From NCBI RefSeq assembly GCF_011386835.1, contig NC_088791.1:322214001-322278000 (forward strand): DNA of 64,000 bases. Direction: 5' to 3'. Numbering within the stretch: the stretch's first letter is position 1; the number at the start of each line of letters is the position of its first letter. The notes below the pieces were generated by a model. The model worked only from the letters and a program-made list of their open reading frames with translations. It was not told where the DNA came from and searched no databases. This stretch comes from Chrysemys picta bellii. Its lineage: Eukaryota. The translations under genes were made by a program, and so were the position numbers. This document shows positions 39,603 through 51,989 of the stretch, in pieces.

Positions 39603-40380
39603 CAGGGGTGGGCAAACTTTTTGGCCTGAGGGCCGCATCGAGTTTCCAAAATTGTATGGAGGGCCGGTTAGCAGAGGCTGTGCCTCCCCAAACAGCCAGG
39701 TGTGGCCGCCCCCTATCTGACCCCTCCTGCTTCTCGCCCCCTGACGCCCCCCCCCCCAGGACTCCTGCCCCATCCAACCCCCCCCCCCCCCCCCATTCCC
39801 TGTCCCCTGACTTCCCCCTGCCACCCCATCCTCTCATTCCTGACTGCCGCCCCGGGGACTCTTGCCCTATCCAAGCCCCACTTCTCCCTGTCCCCTGACC
39901 ACCCCCAGAACCTCAGCCCCTGACTGCCCCCTGCTGCCCCATCCAATCCCCCCCCTCCTTCCTGACTGCCTCCTGGGTACTCCTGCCCCCATTCAACCCC
40001 CCCGTTCCCCGCCCTCTGACCACCCCCACCCCTATCCACACTCCCACCTCCTGACCACCACCCCGAACTCCCCTGCCCTCTATCCAATCCCCCCTCCCCC
40101 CTGCTCCCTTACTGCACTGCCTGGAGCACCGGTGGTTGGTGACGCTACAGCCACGCTGCCCAGAGCGCCAGGACAGGCAGCCGCGCCGCCTGGCTGGAGC
40201 CAGCCACGCCTCCGCGCAGCACAGAGCACTGGGTCAGGCCCTGGCTCTGCAGCTGCGCTGCCCCAGGAGCTTGCATCCCCGCTGCCCAGAGCATTGCGCC
40301 AGCGGCAGAGCAAACTGAGGCTGCGGGGGAGGGGAACAGCAGAAGGGGGCCAGGGGCTAGCCATAGTTTGCCCACCTCTG
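39603..40380. mobile_element. GC-rich hAT MITE, 778 bp, with internal C-rich tandem units
   Basis: TIRs CAGGGGTGGGCAAACT / AGTTTGCCCACCTCTG; perfect 8-bp TSD CCTTAAGG. Confidence 0.92.
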
Positions 40381-41952
40381 CCTTAAGGCCTGATCTTATC
40401 CCCATTCTTCAAAGGGTACTCCTGTCATGCCTGATTCACAATTCCCTTGCATACTGAATTGGTGGAAATGACTATGCAAAGTGGGTGTAACCTACTACTC
40501 TGGATTGTTGGTGTTTTACACCTATCCTGCACAGATGTAAATGACTACTCAAGCCCACTGGTTTCAATGGGAGTTCCTCATGAGTAGTGACTACAAATTG
40601 GGCTCCAAAGGACTATTTCATAACAGTGCAAGATATGATATGCAAAAACAGGGTTCCCAATCTTCAAGTAAACTGTACTTTAATTGTATGTATGGTGCGT
40701 ATAAAAAGGGAGGAGCACTAGCTACAGCCAGAATGTGGACAAACAAATCAAATTTTCCACAAACATCTCTGCAAACCTTCCTCAACCCTGGCCCACAAAA
40801 AACCCTGGGTCTCTCTTGACCTGAGGACAGTGAATCATGTTAAACTGTGTCATTTTTCCTGATATGGATACAAATCCACGGAGAACAAAAAAAAGCTATG
40901 AAAACTATATTTAAATGTTGACATATATATATAAGGGAATTCACTTCCCATGTACAGTAGGATAATTTGCACTCCTATATTTTATTACGTAAATGCCAGC
41001 CCTTGCCATACTACTGTACCTAGGTATTGCAGAATACATGGGGCTCATTTATGAACTCAGAGGTGTACACTCATCCCATTTCTCATTAAATCAGCTACTG
41101 TGCCTTATGATGTAATAGAATGCAAACTCTCAAAAGCAGAATTTGGCCTATGTTACACAATTATCCAGTGTCTGCATTTTGCTAAAATTTGCAAAAGCAA
41201 CCATGTATTGGAAGGACATAACTCACTCAAATGTGAAGTATTTGGTTTTTTGGATTTTAACCAAACACTTAATATTTTCCTTACCCCCCTCCCCCCCAAA
41301 AAAATCCCAAGGTGGATATTCTTATGGCAGGATCAGATAAGAGCCAAGGAAAAAGGACACCATCACAATCATTTTAAAATGAAAAGGTCAACAATGAACC
41401 CAATAATCCTATGACTTCAACTGGCTTTTAACTACATGATTTACTACAATATATTGTACTAAAACCAGTCAGCACCAAGGAACAAAGAATTTAGCTAAAT
41501 TGTGTACTCTAGTAGCATTTGCAATGTACATACACAGCCCCCAAGCTTTAAGGTGCATGCTATATGGATAGATATTAATAACGTGCACCTCATACAATAC
41601 ATTTCAAATATGTAATATACTTATTTTGTCGTCTTAATATGTACTCAACAGTATACATGATTACAGCATCTAGCTATAAATGATTGCTGAATACCTATTA
41701 GTACACATTTGTGCATAGGAACACCATGATAAAACTTGCATAGTAAAAATAGTTATAAGTAGTATTAGCTGTACACGTAGTAACCTTCTTCCCAAATCTC
41801 AAGAGTTCAAATGGGCTGTTACCACCCACTCCAAATGGGACTAACTCTGTGAATCATGATCAATAATTCATAGTTCTATAAGTTACAAGAAAGCAAGAAT
41901 CTAGAAATAACCCACCCCCACCATTTTCTATTTTCTTTGCAGTCCTTTAACT

Positions 41953-42170
41953 CAGGGGTTCTCAAACTGGGGGTCAGGACCCCTCAGGGGGTCACGAGCT
42001 TATTATATGGGGGGTTGCGAGCTGTCAACCTCCACCCTAAACCCCACTTTGCCTTCAGCTTTTATAATGGTGTTAAATATATAAAAAAGTGTTTAATTTA
42101 TAAGGGGGGGGTCGCACTCAGAGACTTGCTATGTGAAGGGGTCACTAGTAAAAAAGTTTGAGAGCCACTG
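41953..42170. mobile_element. hAT MITE, 218 bp
   Basis: TIRs CAGGGGTTCTCAAACT / AGTTTGAGAGCCACTG; perfect 8-bp TSD CTTTAACT. Confidence 0.9.
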
Positions 42171-43347
42171 CTTTAACTTAAAGACTAGACTGTGTTTTTT
42201 TGTTTTTGTTTTTTTAATATTTGGGAAATGAATCAACTCCTAGGCTGAGAGGATATATGCCAAGGCTTAGCTTGGAGTAAATTTTTTTACAGCCGAGTTA
42301 TAAATCCTTCCAAACCGGAGTTTAATAATGGAAATGTTGACAGACCCTTAACTACAGGAGTACCAGGCACCAGTGTAATACAGAGCAAATCTCTTTTCCA
42401 TTGGCTACACAGATAAAGTGACAATAGCTTACAATAAAATCTATTTTATAACTTAGCAACAAAGTTCATTGCTTAATAAAAACATTTGAGCAGAGAGGCA
42501 GTTTACAAAAATTTAGTAAACAGCAGCCTAAACATTAACTTTTAGTCATATGTGTATCAACACTTCAATCTTGGCACATGAGTCAAACTGCTTAAAGAAC
42601 AAACACTGTTAGAGACTTATTATGGGCCCAATCCTGCAACTCTTTTTCAGCCTGTACTTTAGGCCTGCAGGATTGTACCCTGTGTGTTCAGACTACAGGA
42701 CTGCAGCAAGCAAGTTATTTCAGTCCAATCTGCATATATTATTACTTTAATGGTACTTCAGTAAAGCTGAAAGGTGATTAGTACCAACAGGGACAGAAAA
42801 ACCAATGCACTGGAATTAGCTTCTGATGTGGGAAATTTAATCCTACGGAGTGCAATGATGAAATGGTGGAAAAGCCACATCCATATTGGTTTTTTTTAAA
42901 AGTTTGGACACAATCCCTCTATCTTCCTCTCCTCCTCATCCTCCCCACAGATAAACAAACAGTGTGAAGATTACATCAGAGAACCAAATCCTTGTGTTCT
43001 TTCAAGTGAAAGATTTCTAAAATTAATTTCAAGGGCTTTAAATCCCCCTCTCTCGACAAAAGCTGGAAAACAAGAGAACAATTATTGGGTGCCCAAGTAG
43101 GCTGCTGGGGAGTGAGAGGCCCTGGCGGGAGACAGGGCCTAATGTGAACAGCACAAAAATCAGCTGCTGACACTGGTAACTCCTGCTCAGAACTATTTAC
43201 AAGATTTCCCAACTAAAATCCCTAAGGATCCCAGAAAGCAGGCAGGAAGAGGGGCGCACCCCACCCCCTCTAATAAACTGGGGAACTGCCCCACAACACT
43301 CCACAAGAAAGGGAGTGAGCCCCCTGCAAAACTCCTGAACGCAAGAG

Positions 43348-44202
<855 letters not shown>

Positions 44203-44229
44203 TCAGAGCCCGGGCTCCCCACCCCACAT
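44203..44229 (-). other. Candidate uORF (MWGGEPGL*) in the presumed YAP1 5' leader
   Basis: ATG at 44229 (G at -3) to TGA at 44205-44203, ending 30 nt before the main ATG. It is only relevant if the TSS is upstream of 44229. Confidence 0.55.
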
Positions 44230-45337
44230 GCCCCGCTGTCTAGGCTGGGGCTCCCCCGCTGCTGCTGCTCAGCCCCCCACAGCCGGAAAACACAACCGGC
44301 GGCAGCAACTGCCAAAACAAGCCCCACCGAGCAGCAACTTCCCCGAGCCCGGCCCAGCCCGGCCGGCGCCTGTGTCCCGGCGGCGGAAACTAACTCACAC
44401 AACACACTAAACAAAAGTTCTGAGATGTGCCCGCCCGCATCACTTCCCAGCCAGCTCCGCCCCTTGCGAGCCCGCCCGTACCGTATCCTACAGCCAGCCT
44501 CTAGCAGAGTCCTGCTGCGCCCGCCCGCACAGAATCCAATCAGAGGCGCCGGTTCCTTCTGCGCCCGCCCGCACGGAATCTGGCAGACTCAGTGGCCGCT
44601 ATCAAGTCTTGCGCGGACTGCTGCCCGCACAACATCCAGGAGAGCCAGCCCTTTTGCACCCGCCCGCCTCATTTTTCAAGCATCTACTCCCGCCCGCCTG
44701 CGCTTCCCTGCAACGCAGAAGTCCATGCATCGAAAAGTTAAAAATAAATTCCTCCAAACTTCCAGACTCCTGTTGCGCCCCTCCCCCGACCTCAGCGCCG
44801 GAATTGGGAAGGAAAAATAGCCCCCCCTTGCCTCTAGAACGGGCTGCGGGAGAAGAGATGCGACTTCTCCGATCCCTGACCCCCAGGAGAGGGGCACCGC
44901 TCCCCCCCGTCCCCATCCCCTGAACGGGCGCGGGAGAAACCGGTCTTCCCACCGCCCCCCTTTCCACCCGCAGACTTAGGCAGGGGCGGGGAGGGGCGTA
45001 AGTGAAGGAAAGAAATGGGATCCCTTGCCCCCATCCCCAGACTGGGGGCGGGGGGGGGGGGAAGAGCTGGAACCCGCCATCGCACAATGGAACCCCACCC
45101 TCCCCGTAACTGCTACTTTTCACTAAGGACACTAATTTTGTCACGGAGTGACTGTCCTGGGAGAGGGTAAATTACACAGAGAAAACATTAAAAACATTTC
45201 TCTAGTTACTGAGTTCAATGGAAACCTGCTTTTCAGTCCATTTAACCCAAGAGGTTAGATTCAGTATGCTGCATAATACAGACCAGTGAGTGTATAACAC
45301 AGCTATCATTTACTAACTAGATTATGCAAAATGAAAT

Positions 45338-45390
45338 TTTATTAAAATTAGTGACAAAAAGATGAGAATAAGAATTTTTATATATTTATT
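45338..45390 (-). terminator. Candidate CFAP300 polyadenylation signals
   Basis: Two minus-strand AATAAA hexamers (tttatt at 45338-45343 and 45385-45390), about 490-540 nt after the stop codon. Usage is unverified. Confidence 0.45.
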
Positions 45391-45878
45391 GAGGCTTTTG
45401 AAACACAACAGGTAACAAAATGTAGGGGGTTGGAAGAGCAAGATTCATGGACCCTTGTAAGAATTCAGATAGTCTGATGCACTCACTATGGGCCCACTCC
45501 TGTAAAGATTTATGTATGATTAGTTCCATTGCCTTCAAGGCGGGCTTAGGCTGCTACATCCATAAGTAAAAGTATGTACAAGCATCAGTGTTTGCAGGAT
45601 CTGAATCTTACAGTTAAAGTCAATTTAGGAAAAACAAAGACTTTTTAAACATTTTGTATAAAATTATGATTTATCTGTGAACATAAAACATTCTTTCTTA
45701 ATCATTCAACAAAAACTACGTAAAATGTATATCACAGTTCACATTTTTGCATAGGCAGGCAATGTGTATTTCATTGAAGGGAATGGAACTATGGAATTTT
45801 TAATTAATTCCATATAGAAAGACGAGCTCCTCCATTCCATTATACTGCTAATACGTAGAATTGGAGATTAAGAATAAA

Positions 45879-46025
<147 letters not shown>

Positions 46026-47482
46026 CTAGTATTAATAACAAACTAGATATAACTTAGAGAATTTTTCACTTGACCACAGCTCAAAGAGCCAGGAAGCGAT
46101 CACGTGTAACGCTAAACAGCTTTATTTGAACATTATGAATTCTTACATTCAATTACTCTTATATTCAGTTAATTTATTATCTACAAAATGCACTGTGACA
46201 ATTTTGCGGACAGTGTGGAGTTCATGTTAATGGTAGAATAGATGCCCATTAAGGCAAGAATCCTGAAAACACTTGCACAGGTAAGTAACTTTATGTAAGT
46301 CAGTAGTTCCATTTAATTTAATGTGTAAAGATATTCACCTACGTAAGTCTTTGCATAATTAGGGACTAAATTACAAATGGTTGAAGAATAAGGATCTGAT
46401 CATACTGCCATTGAAGTCAATGGCAAAACCTGTTAACTTCAGTGGGGCCCTAAATATATTCTCTTACTGACCCTTTTCCAGTCAGGATTCACTTAGGCAT
46501 CTGATCACCATCTCATCAAATATTTACATACTCAAAAATAACTTTCTCTGTATTTACCTAGTAAGAACTACTGCATGTTGTTGAAAATAATGTTTTAAGA
46601 TTCAAGAAAAATGAGAGGAGCAATATCAAGCTATGGTTGTGGATCAAATTTTATTGATTTCTGACTGTTATTGAAGAGCCCAATCCGGTAGTCCTTACTC
46701 AGGCAAAATTGACTTCAATTGAAGTTTTGACTGTGTAAAGGCTACAGAATCCCACCTAAAGTTTGCTGGATAAAAAATAAAAGTATGTGTTGTATAAATA
46801 CTAATGTGTCAAAAAGTAATATTGATCAAAATATTTGATACCATGAAATACAATCAGGTTTAAATTAGGCAGAGTTTTTGCACTATGTTCTGGGTGCCTT
46901 TTAAAGTCATTTTAGTTAGCTGAGATACATTTTATTGTATTTTTTATTTGCACTAGTTTTTGATAAGAGTAGTTCTATCTGTATATTTTGGTGCCTCATC
47001 ACCATAATATTTGGATGCCTTATATACAAATTAAGAATAGCATAATTTCCATCTGCAGTTCAGAGTTTAAACAGGTGGTGTGTGTGTGTGACACTCGGTT
47101 GACTTAGTGATACCAGAGCTGGATCATTTTAACTTCTGGCTTTGGAGAAATGGAGATAATCTGGTGATGATTTTAGATAGCATGTGTGTGACATACTGTA
47201 AATAATACTATTGAACATCTCTCCAAAACAACATGTGTAACATTTTATCAATACAGTATATCTTAAGAGTTAGCAAATATATATGTGTTTGTATTTACTA
47301 CTCTGGTGCCAATAGCACTGCTGTAGTTAAGGATGAGTTAGCATTCAAGAAATTTCTTCGTTATTTAATATCATAAATACTTCAGGTTTCTTCATGCTGA
47401 AATGTGGTTATATGCAAATAATTTGAACTTCTTAAACCATTTTGAGTTCAGAAGTATACAATTGTTACAAAAATTTCTAATA

Positions 47483-47670
47483 TACCTCTACCTCGATATA
47501 ACGCTGTCCTTGGGAGCCAAAAAATCTTACCGCATTATAGGTGAAACCGGGTTATATCGAACTTGCTTTGATCCATCAGAGTGCATAGGCCCGCTCCCAC
47601 GGAGCACTGCTTTACCGTGTTATATTCAAATTTGTGTTATATTGGGTCGCGTTATATCGGGGTAGAGGTG
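47483..47670. mobile_element. Tc1/mariner-type (Tigger-like) MITE, 188 bp
   Basis: TIRs TACCTCTACCTCGATATAAC / GTTATATCGGGGTAGAGGTG; TA on both flanks. Confidence 0.88.
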
Positions 47671-47929
47671 TACTTCCCTTCCCCACTCTCTCTGGACTGC
47701 CAAAATCTGTGCTAAAATACTTATATTCATGTAACTAAGTCCTAAAATCTAGTATTAGTTTGATTTTTTTTTGAAAGGTCAGAAGATTAAAAATTGAAAA
47801 GAGTTTTGGAACATATTCAGTACCAATTTATCACAGTGCTTTCTGTAATTACATGGTTTCAGCACTTAAATCAGTGTTACCAAGTTGTCAAGTTAAGCAT
47901 ATGGGGCTGGGGTTAGTAAGGAGGCATGG

Positions 47930-48560
47930 GATGACACAGTGTTTTCATTATGCTGATGACTCCAAGCTCTATTTCTCTATTTTATCTGATCCAGCCAGTT
48001 TTTGGTAGAGATTGGGCTAGCTGGCTGAGGCTCAGTCCAGATGAAAAAGAAATGATGCTCGTAGAATGAGGATTCAACAAGAAGATATAGTGAGGATTAT
48101 CTTTGCCTCATTAATTGAGGATACGTGTCTACCATTTGTTACTCCAGTTTTCAGAATTAGCATTCTATTAGATTCCCAGCTGCTGTTAGATGATCATATA
48201 GCAACAGTGACCAAGACAGCTTTCTTTCATCTATGTCTGGCTAAGCGGTTGTTACTATTTCTTTCGGATGCGGACACTACCAATATGATCCGTGTCTTTA
48301 TCACCTCAAGATCAGATTACCATATGCACTCTACATAAAACTACACCTAAATCAACTCAGAAACTGAACCTGTTTTGAGGCAGTACAGGTACTCAAACTA
48401 GAGTCTCTTCATTTTATAAGAGGAAACTGTGCGCAGGCCTTTCTCCATGGTGGGCCTGGATTTTGGAATTCACTCTCCCTACTTCATCTGAAATAACCCA
48501 TGTTTGCTGACCTCCAGAAAATGCTGCAAAGCCAACTTCTTTTCCTAAGCTTTTGGGAAG
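47930..48560 (+). mobile_element. Old L2-type LINE fragment
   Basis: YADD motif (TATGCTGATGAC, 47949-47960), then LLDSQLLLDDHIATVTKTAFFHL...FITSRSDY, typical of the L2/CR1-group RT C-terminus. Confidence 0.75.
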
Positions 48561-49442
48561 GAGGGAGTGTGCTAAGGACAGGGATCTGTGATTGGAATGG
48601 GATTTCTTCCCCATTCCTCCATTTGTTGGTTTTGTGGAGACCACTGAATATATTCTTGGTATTTTTAAAATATGACAAAGGCACCCAGAAGTGTTTTCGG
48701 ATGTTTTACCTAAATCTAACCAAACAATAATATAAATCTCTGAAGTTCTTGTCAAACGAATACCAATTCACAGATATGAAAACAATTGCACAGTGTTAAA
48801 ATAAAAATGCTAATGAGTAATTTTTGGTTCCAGGAATATAGTTTTAGCATTTTTTATATGAAAAGAAACCTGAGTGTAATGGGCAGGAGAGAGGTAAAAA
48901 TACTGACAAACACACAAGAGATTATTTTTTTTAAAGTGTTCCAAAACATTCTATGAACGATGCATAATAGTTAAAAGATGATGGCCCACTGATGAACAAC
49001 TGTGTGTGTTGTCTGCAGTGACACCAACTCTTTTTCTTTTGGAAGATATGTTATCTTACATTTAAATTGTTGCATGCTCAGGTGCATGGTGGAGGATTTG
49101 GAACGGATCTGCCTAGCGGAGGAACAACAAAACTGGGAAGCATGTAGTACAGTTCAGGTGGGTTCCAAGCTCATCTTTATGGTAAGCATATGGTGTTGCA
49201 CGGGGAAATAGGGAAGCCAGAGGCTTCAGAAACTCAGCAGCCAGAAGGACAGAAAACAATTGGAGGAGGTCTATAAGTGGGTACCCACCTGGCCCCTCAA
49301 GCCCTCTTATGCTGTAAACCCTCCTGTAATCTTTAGTAAGAATCAGGCACACCACACCCTATCCAGCAAATTCTCTATGATAAATCCAAACTGCAAGTGC
49401 AAAACAGAAGCCTGAATAAAGGCAGGCTCAAAATAAAACTTA

Positions 49443-50482
49443 GGGCTAGATTCACAAAAGGAACTTAGGTGCCGAACTGCCACTTTAGGTGCCACTGGCA
49501 TTCACAAAAACCCTGCTCAGCTGCTGTCTCACCCTGGAGGTGTGCAAATTCCCTAGACAACTAAATTTCTGCCATTAAAGTCCCCAAGGTGCTTAAATTT
49601 CAGCAGCTGAGGCACAGCTGCCTCAGTCCTGACCCCGCACAGCAGCTAGGTGCCTATTTCATGCCTAAACCCCAGCAGGATCCTTAGACTTGGCGTTACC
49701 CTGCCTAACTTTCGTGGGGAGCCCCTCTGGTAAGTATGCTCAGAGCATGCCTAACTCCATACAAAACAGCCTAGAGAGGATGAGGACAACTCCTTCCTTT
49801 AGCCCAGTGGTTAGCACAGCCAGGATGTGGGAGAATCCAGTTCAATTCTCCTCACTGCATGATGGGGAGCAGGGATTTAAACATGGGTTTCCCACCTCTC
49901 TGGGGAGTGCCCTCAAACCACTGGACCATAGAGTCAGTTATATTCTCTTTCTCACTGGTCCAAATGCATATTTAAGTATTTCATACACAATGAAACATCT
50001 GCAGCTGGAGAGATTAAGACTGACCCACAGCATAATATCCCATAGCTCAGTGATTAAAGCACTTTCCTAAAAAGAGGGAGGGGAACCCCTGTTTGAATCC
50101 ATTCTCCTCATGGGGCGGGGAAATTGAATTGGGATCTTCCACATCTTGGATGAGTTTCCTATCCATTAGGCCTCCTCCCACAGCTGTTTTGTGTGGAGAC
50201 ACATATGCATCACTCCCTTTCTTGCAAGAAATGGCTTAAGCATCTGACTCCAATAGAAGGTTCCCAGCTGTGAATCCCAAATGGTGCTGAACTCTGAGAA
50301 GGGTGGGACTTAGTAGCCACCCCATTCTCAGCATCTACTATTGGCTAGTTTAGGCAGCTTTTGTGAATCCTATTCTTCTTTTCCCCTGCATTGTATAGGG
50401 AGACGAGACGCCTAACTCAGGGAAATTACGTAGCGCAACACTGAGCATTGTTAACACCTAAGCTCCTTTGTTACTCTAGCCC
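49443..50482. mobile_element. PIF/Harbinger-like MITE (about 1 kb) with internal tRNA-like modules
   Basis: TIRs GGGCTAGATTCACAAAAGG / CCTTTGTTACTCTAGCCC; 3-bp TSD TTA on both sides. Confidence 0.8.
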
Positions 50483-50527
50483 TTAGCTTCTACTGATTCT
50501 ATCTTGAGTTTATATCGAATAACAGTA

Positions 50528-51547
50528 CAGTAACTCCTCACTTAACATTGTAGTTATGTTCCTGAAAAATGCAGCTTTAAGTGAAACAATGTTAAACAAA
50601 TCCAATTGTCCCATAAGATTTAATGTAAATGTGGGGGGTTAGGTTCCAAGGAAATTTTGGGGGGACAGACAAAAGACATTATACTGCATACTGTACAGTA
50701 CTGTACTGTGGTTGGGAAGTGCCCCTGGCTTACCCCACACAGGCACAGCCCGCTGCAGGCAACGCTAGGAAGCACCTTTGCAGGAGTAGCAACAGCTTCC
50801 CTGGAGAACAGGCTCGGATTTTGCTGGGAATGCTCCAGGCCCGCCTCTTCCTGTCCCCCCTCCACTCCAGGCCCACCTCTTCCTGTCCCCCCTCCACTCC
50901 AGGCCCACCTCTTCCTACCCCCACTCCACCTCCTCTCCGGAGCACGTGACACCCCTCACCCCCAAAAGTCCTAAGCGCCACCAAACAGCTGTTTGGCGGC
51001 ACTTAGGACTTTCTGGGAGGGAGGGGGAGAAGCGGAGACACAGCGCTTCCCTGCTCCTGCCCCTCCCTCCCAGAAAGTCCTAAGCGTGAAGTGCTGGGAG
51101 GGAGGGGGAGGAGCAGAGAAGCCCCATGTCTCCACTCCTCCCTCTCCCTCCCAGAAAATCCAGCTGTTTGGTGGCATTTAGGATTTTCTGGGAGGGAGGG
51201 GGAGGAGTGGAGATGCGGCGCTTCCCTGCTCCTCCTCCTCCCTCCCAGAAAGTCCTAAACGGGAAGTGCTGGGAGGGAGGAGGAGGAGCAGGGAAGCCCC
51301 ATGTCTCCACTCCTTAGGACTTTCTGGGAGGGGAAATGCTGGGAGGGAAGGGGAGGAGGTGGAGAAGCGGAACTTGTGCAGTGCTCCCTTGTAAAGTCAC
51401 TGCTCTTCCACAGAATCTTACAAGCAGGCAGCCAAACGACGTTATAAGGGAGCATTGCACAACTTTAAACGAGCATGTTCCCTAATTGAGCAGGGACATA
51501 ACATTGAAACAACGTTAAGTGGGACAACGTTAAATGAGGAGTAACTG
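50528..51547. mobile_element. Tigger/pogo-like non-autonomous element with internal tandem and inverted GC-rich arrays
   Basis: TIR CAGTAACTCCTCACTTAACATTG matches the other end at 20/23; TA TSD. Confidence 0.85.
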
Positions 51548-51922
51548 TATGAGCTAAATGGCTGCACTGGGCTGGAATGTATTGCTTTGCATATGCTCTT
51601 CTCTCTAGAGCTCTACACCTATATTCCTAGAAAGCCACAGGGCCCAACAATTATTTTTTAACTGAATAGAAAATGAAGTGGTGCTCGTGCTCATTGGTGA
51701 AATGTTATTAAAGACCAGAACAAAGATGACATCAGGAAAAGGGTTAATAAAAAATAGTGTGCCTGAACAATCTCTTCAAATTAAATACTACATTTTATTT
51801 ACATTTTTGTCTGATTTTCAAATAAATTTGATATTTTCATGTTGTATAATTAAACTTGAGAATGTGTTTTATGCCTAGCTCTCATGATGTATAGGTGCCA
51901 TGGCAAGAAAGTTAATACTTAC

Positions 51923-51989
51923 ATATGCAGAAACTTTGAAGATAGTTGATGTAATAATTATTTCCTTTGTTTCAGGATCCTTTTGAACA
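51923..51989 (-). CDS. CFAP300: CFAP300 penultimate coding exon (67 nt)
   Basis: (S)VQKDPETKEIIITSTIFKVSAY; tttcag| and |GTAAGT; phase 2 in, phase 0 out. Confidence 0.95.

Noticed and set aside
49113-49355. 80-aa minus-strand ORF in a CFAP300 intron
   Set aside because: Non-ATG start and no recognisable motif. A faint resemblance to a transposase segment could not be supported.
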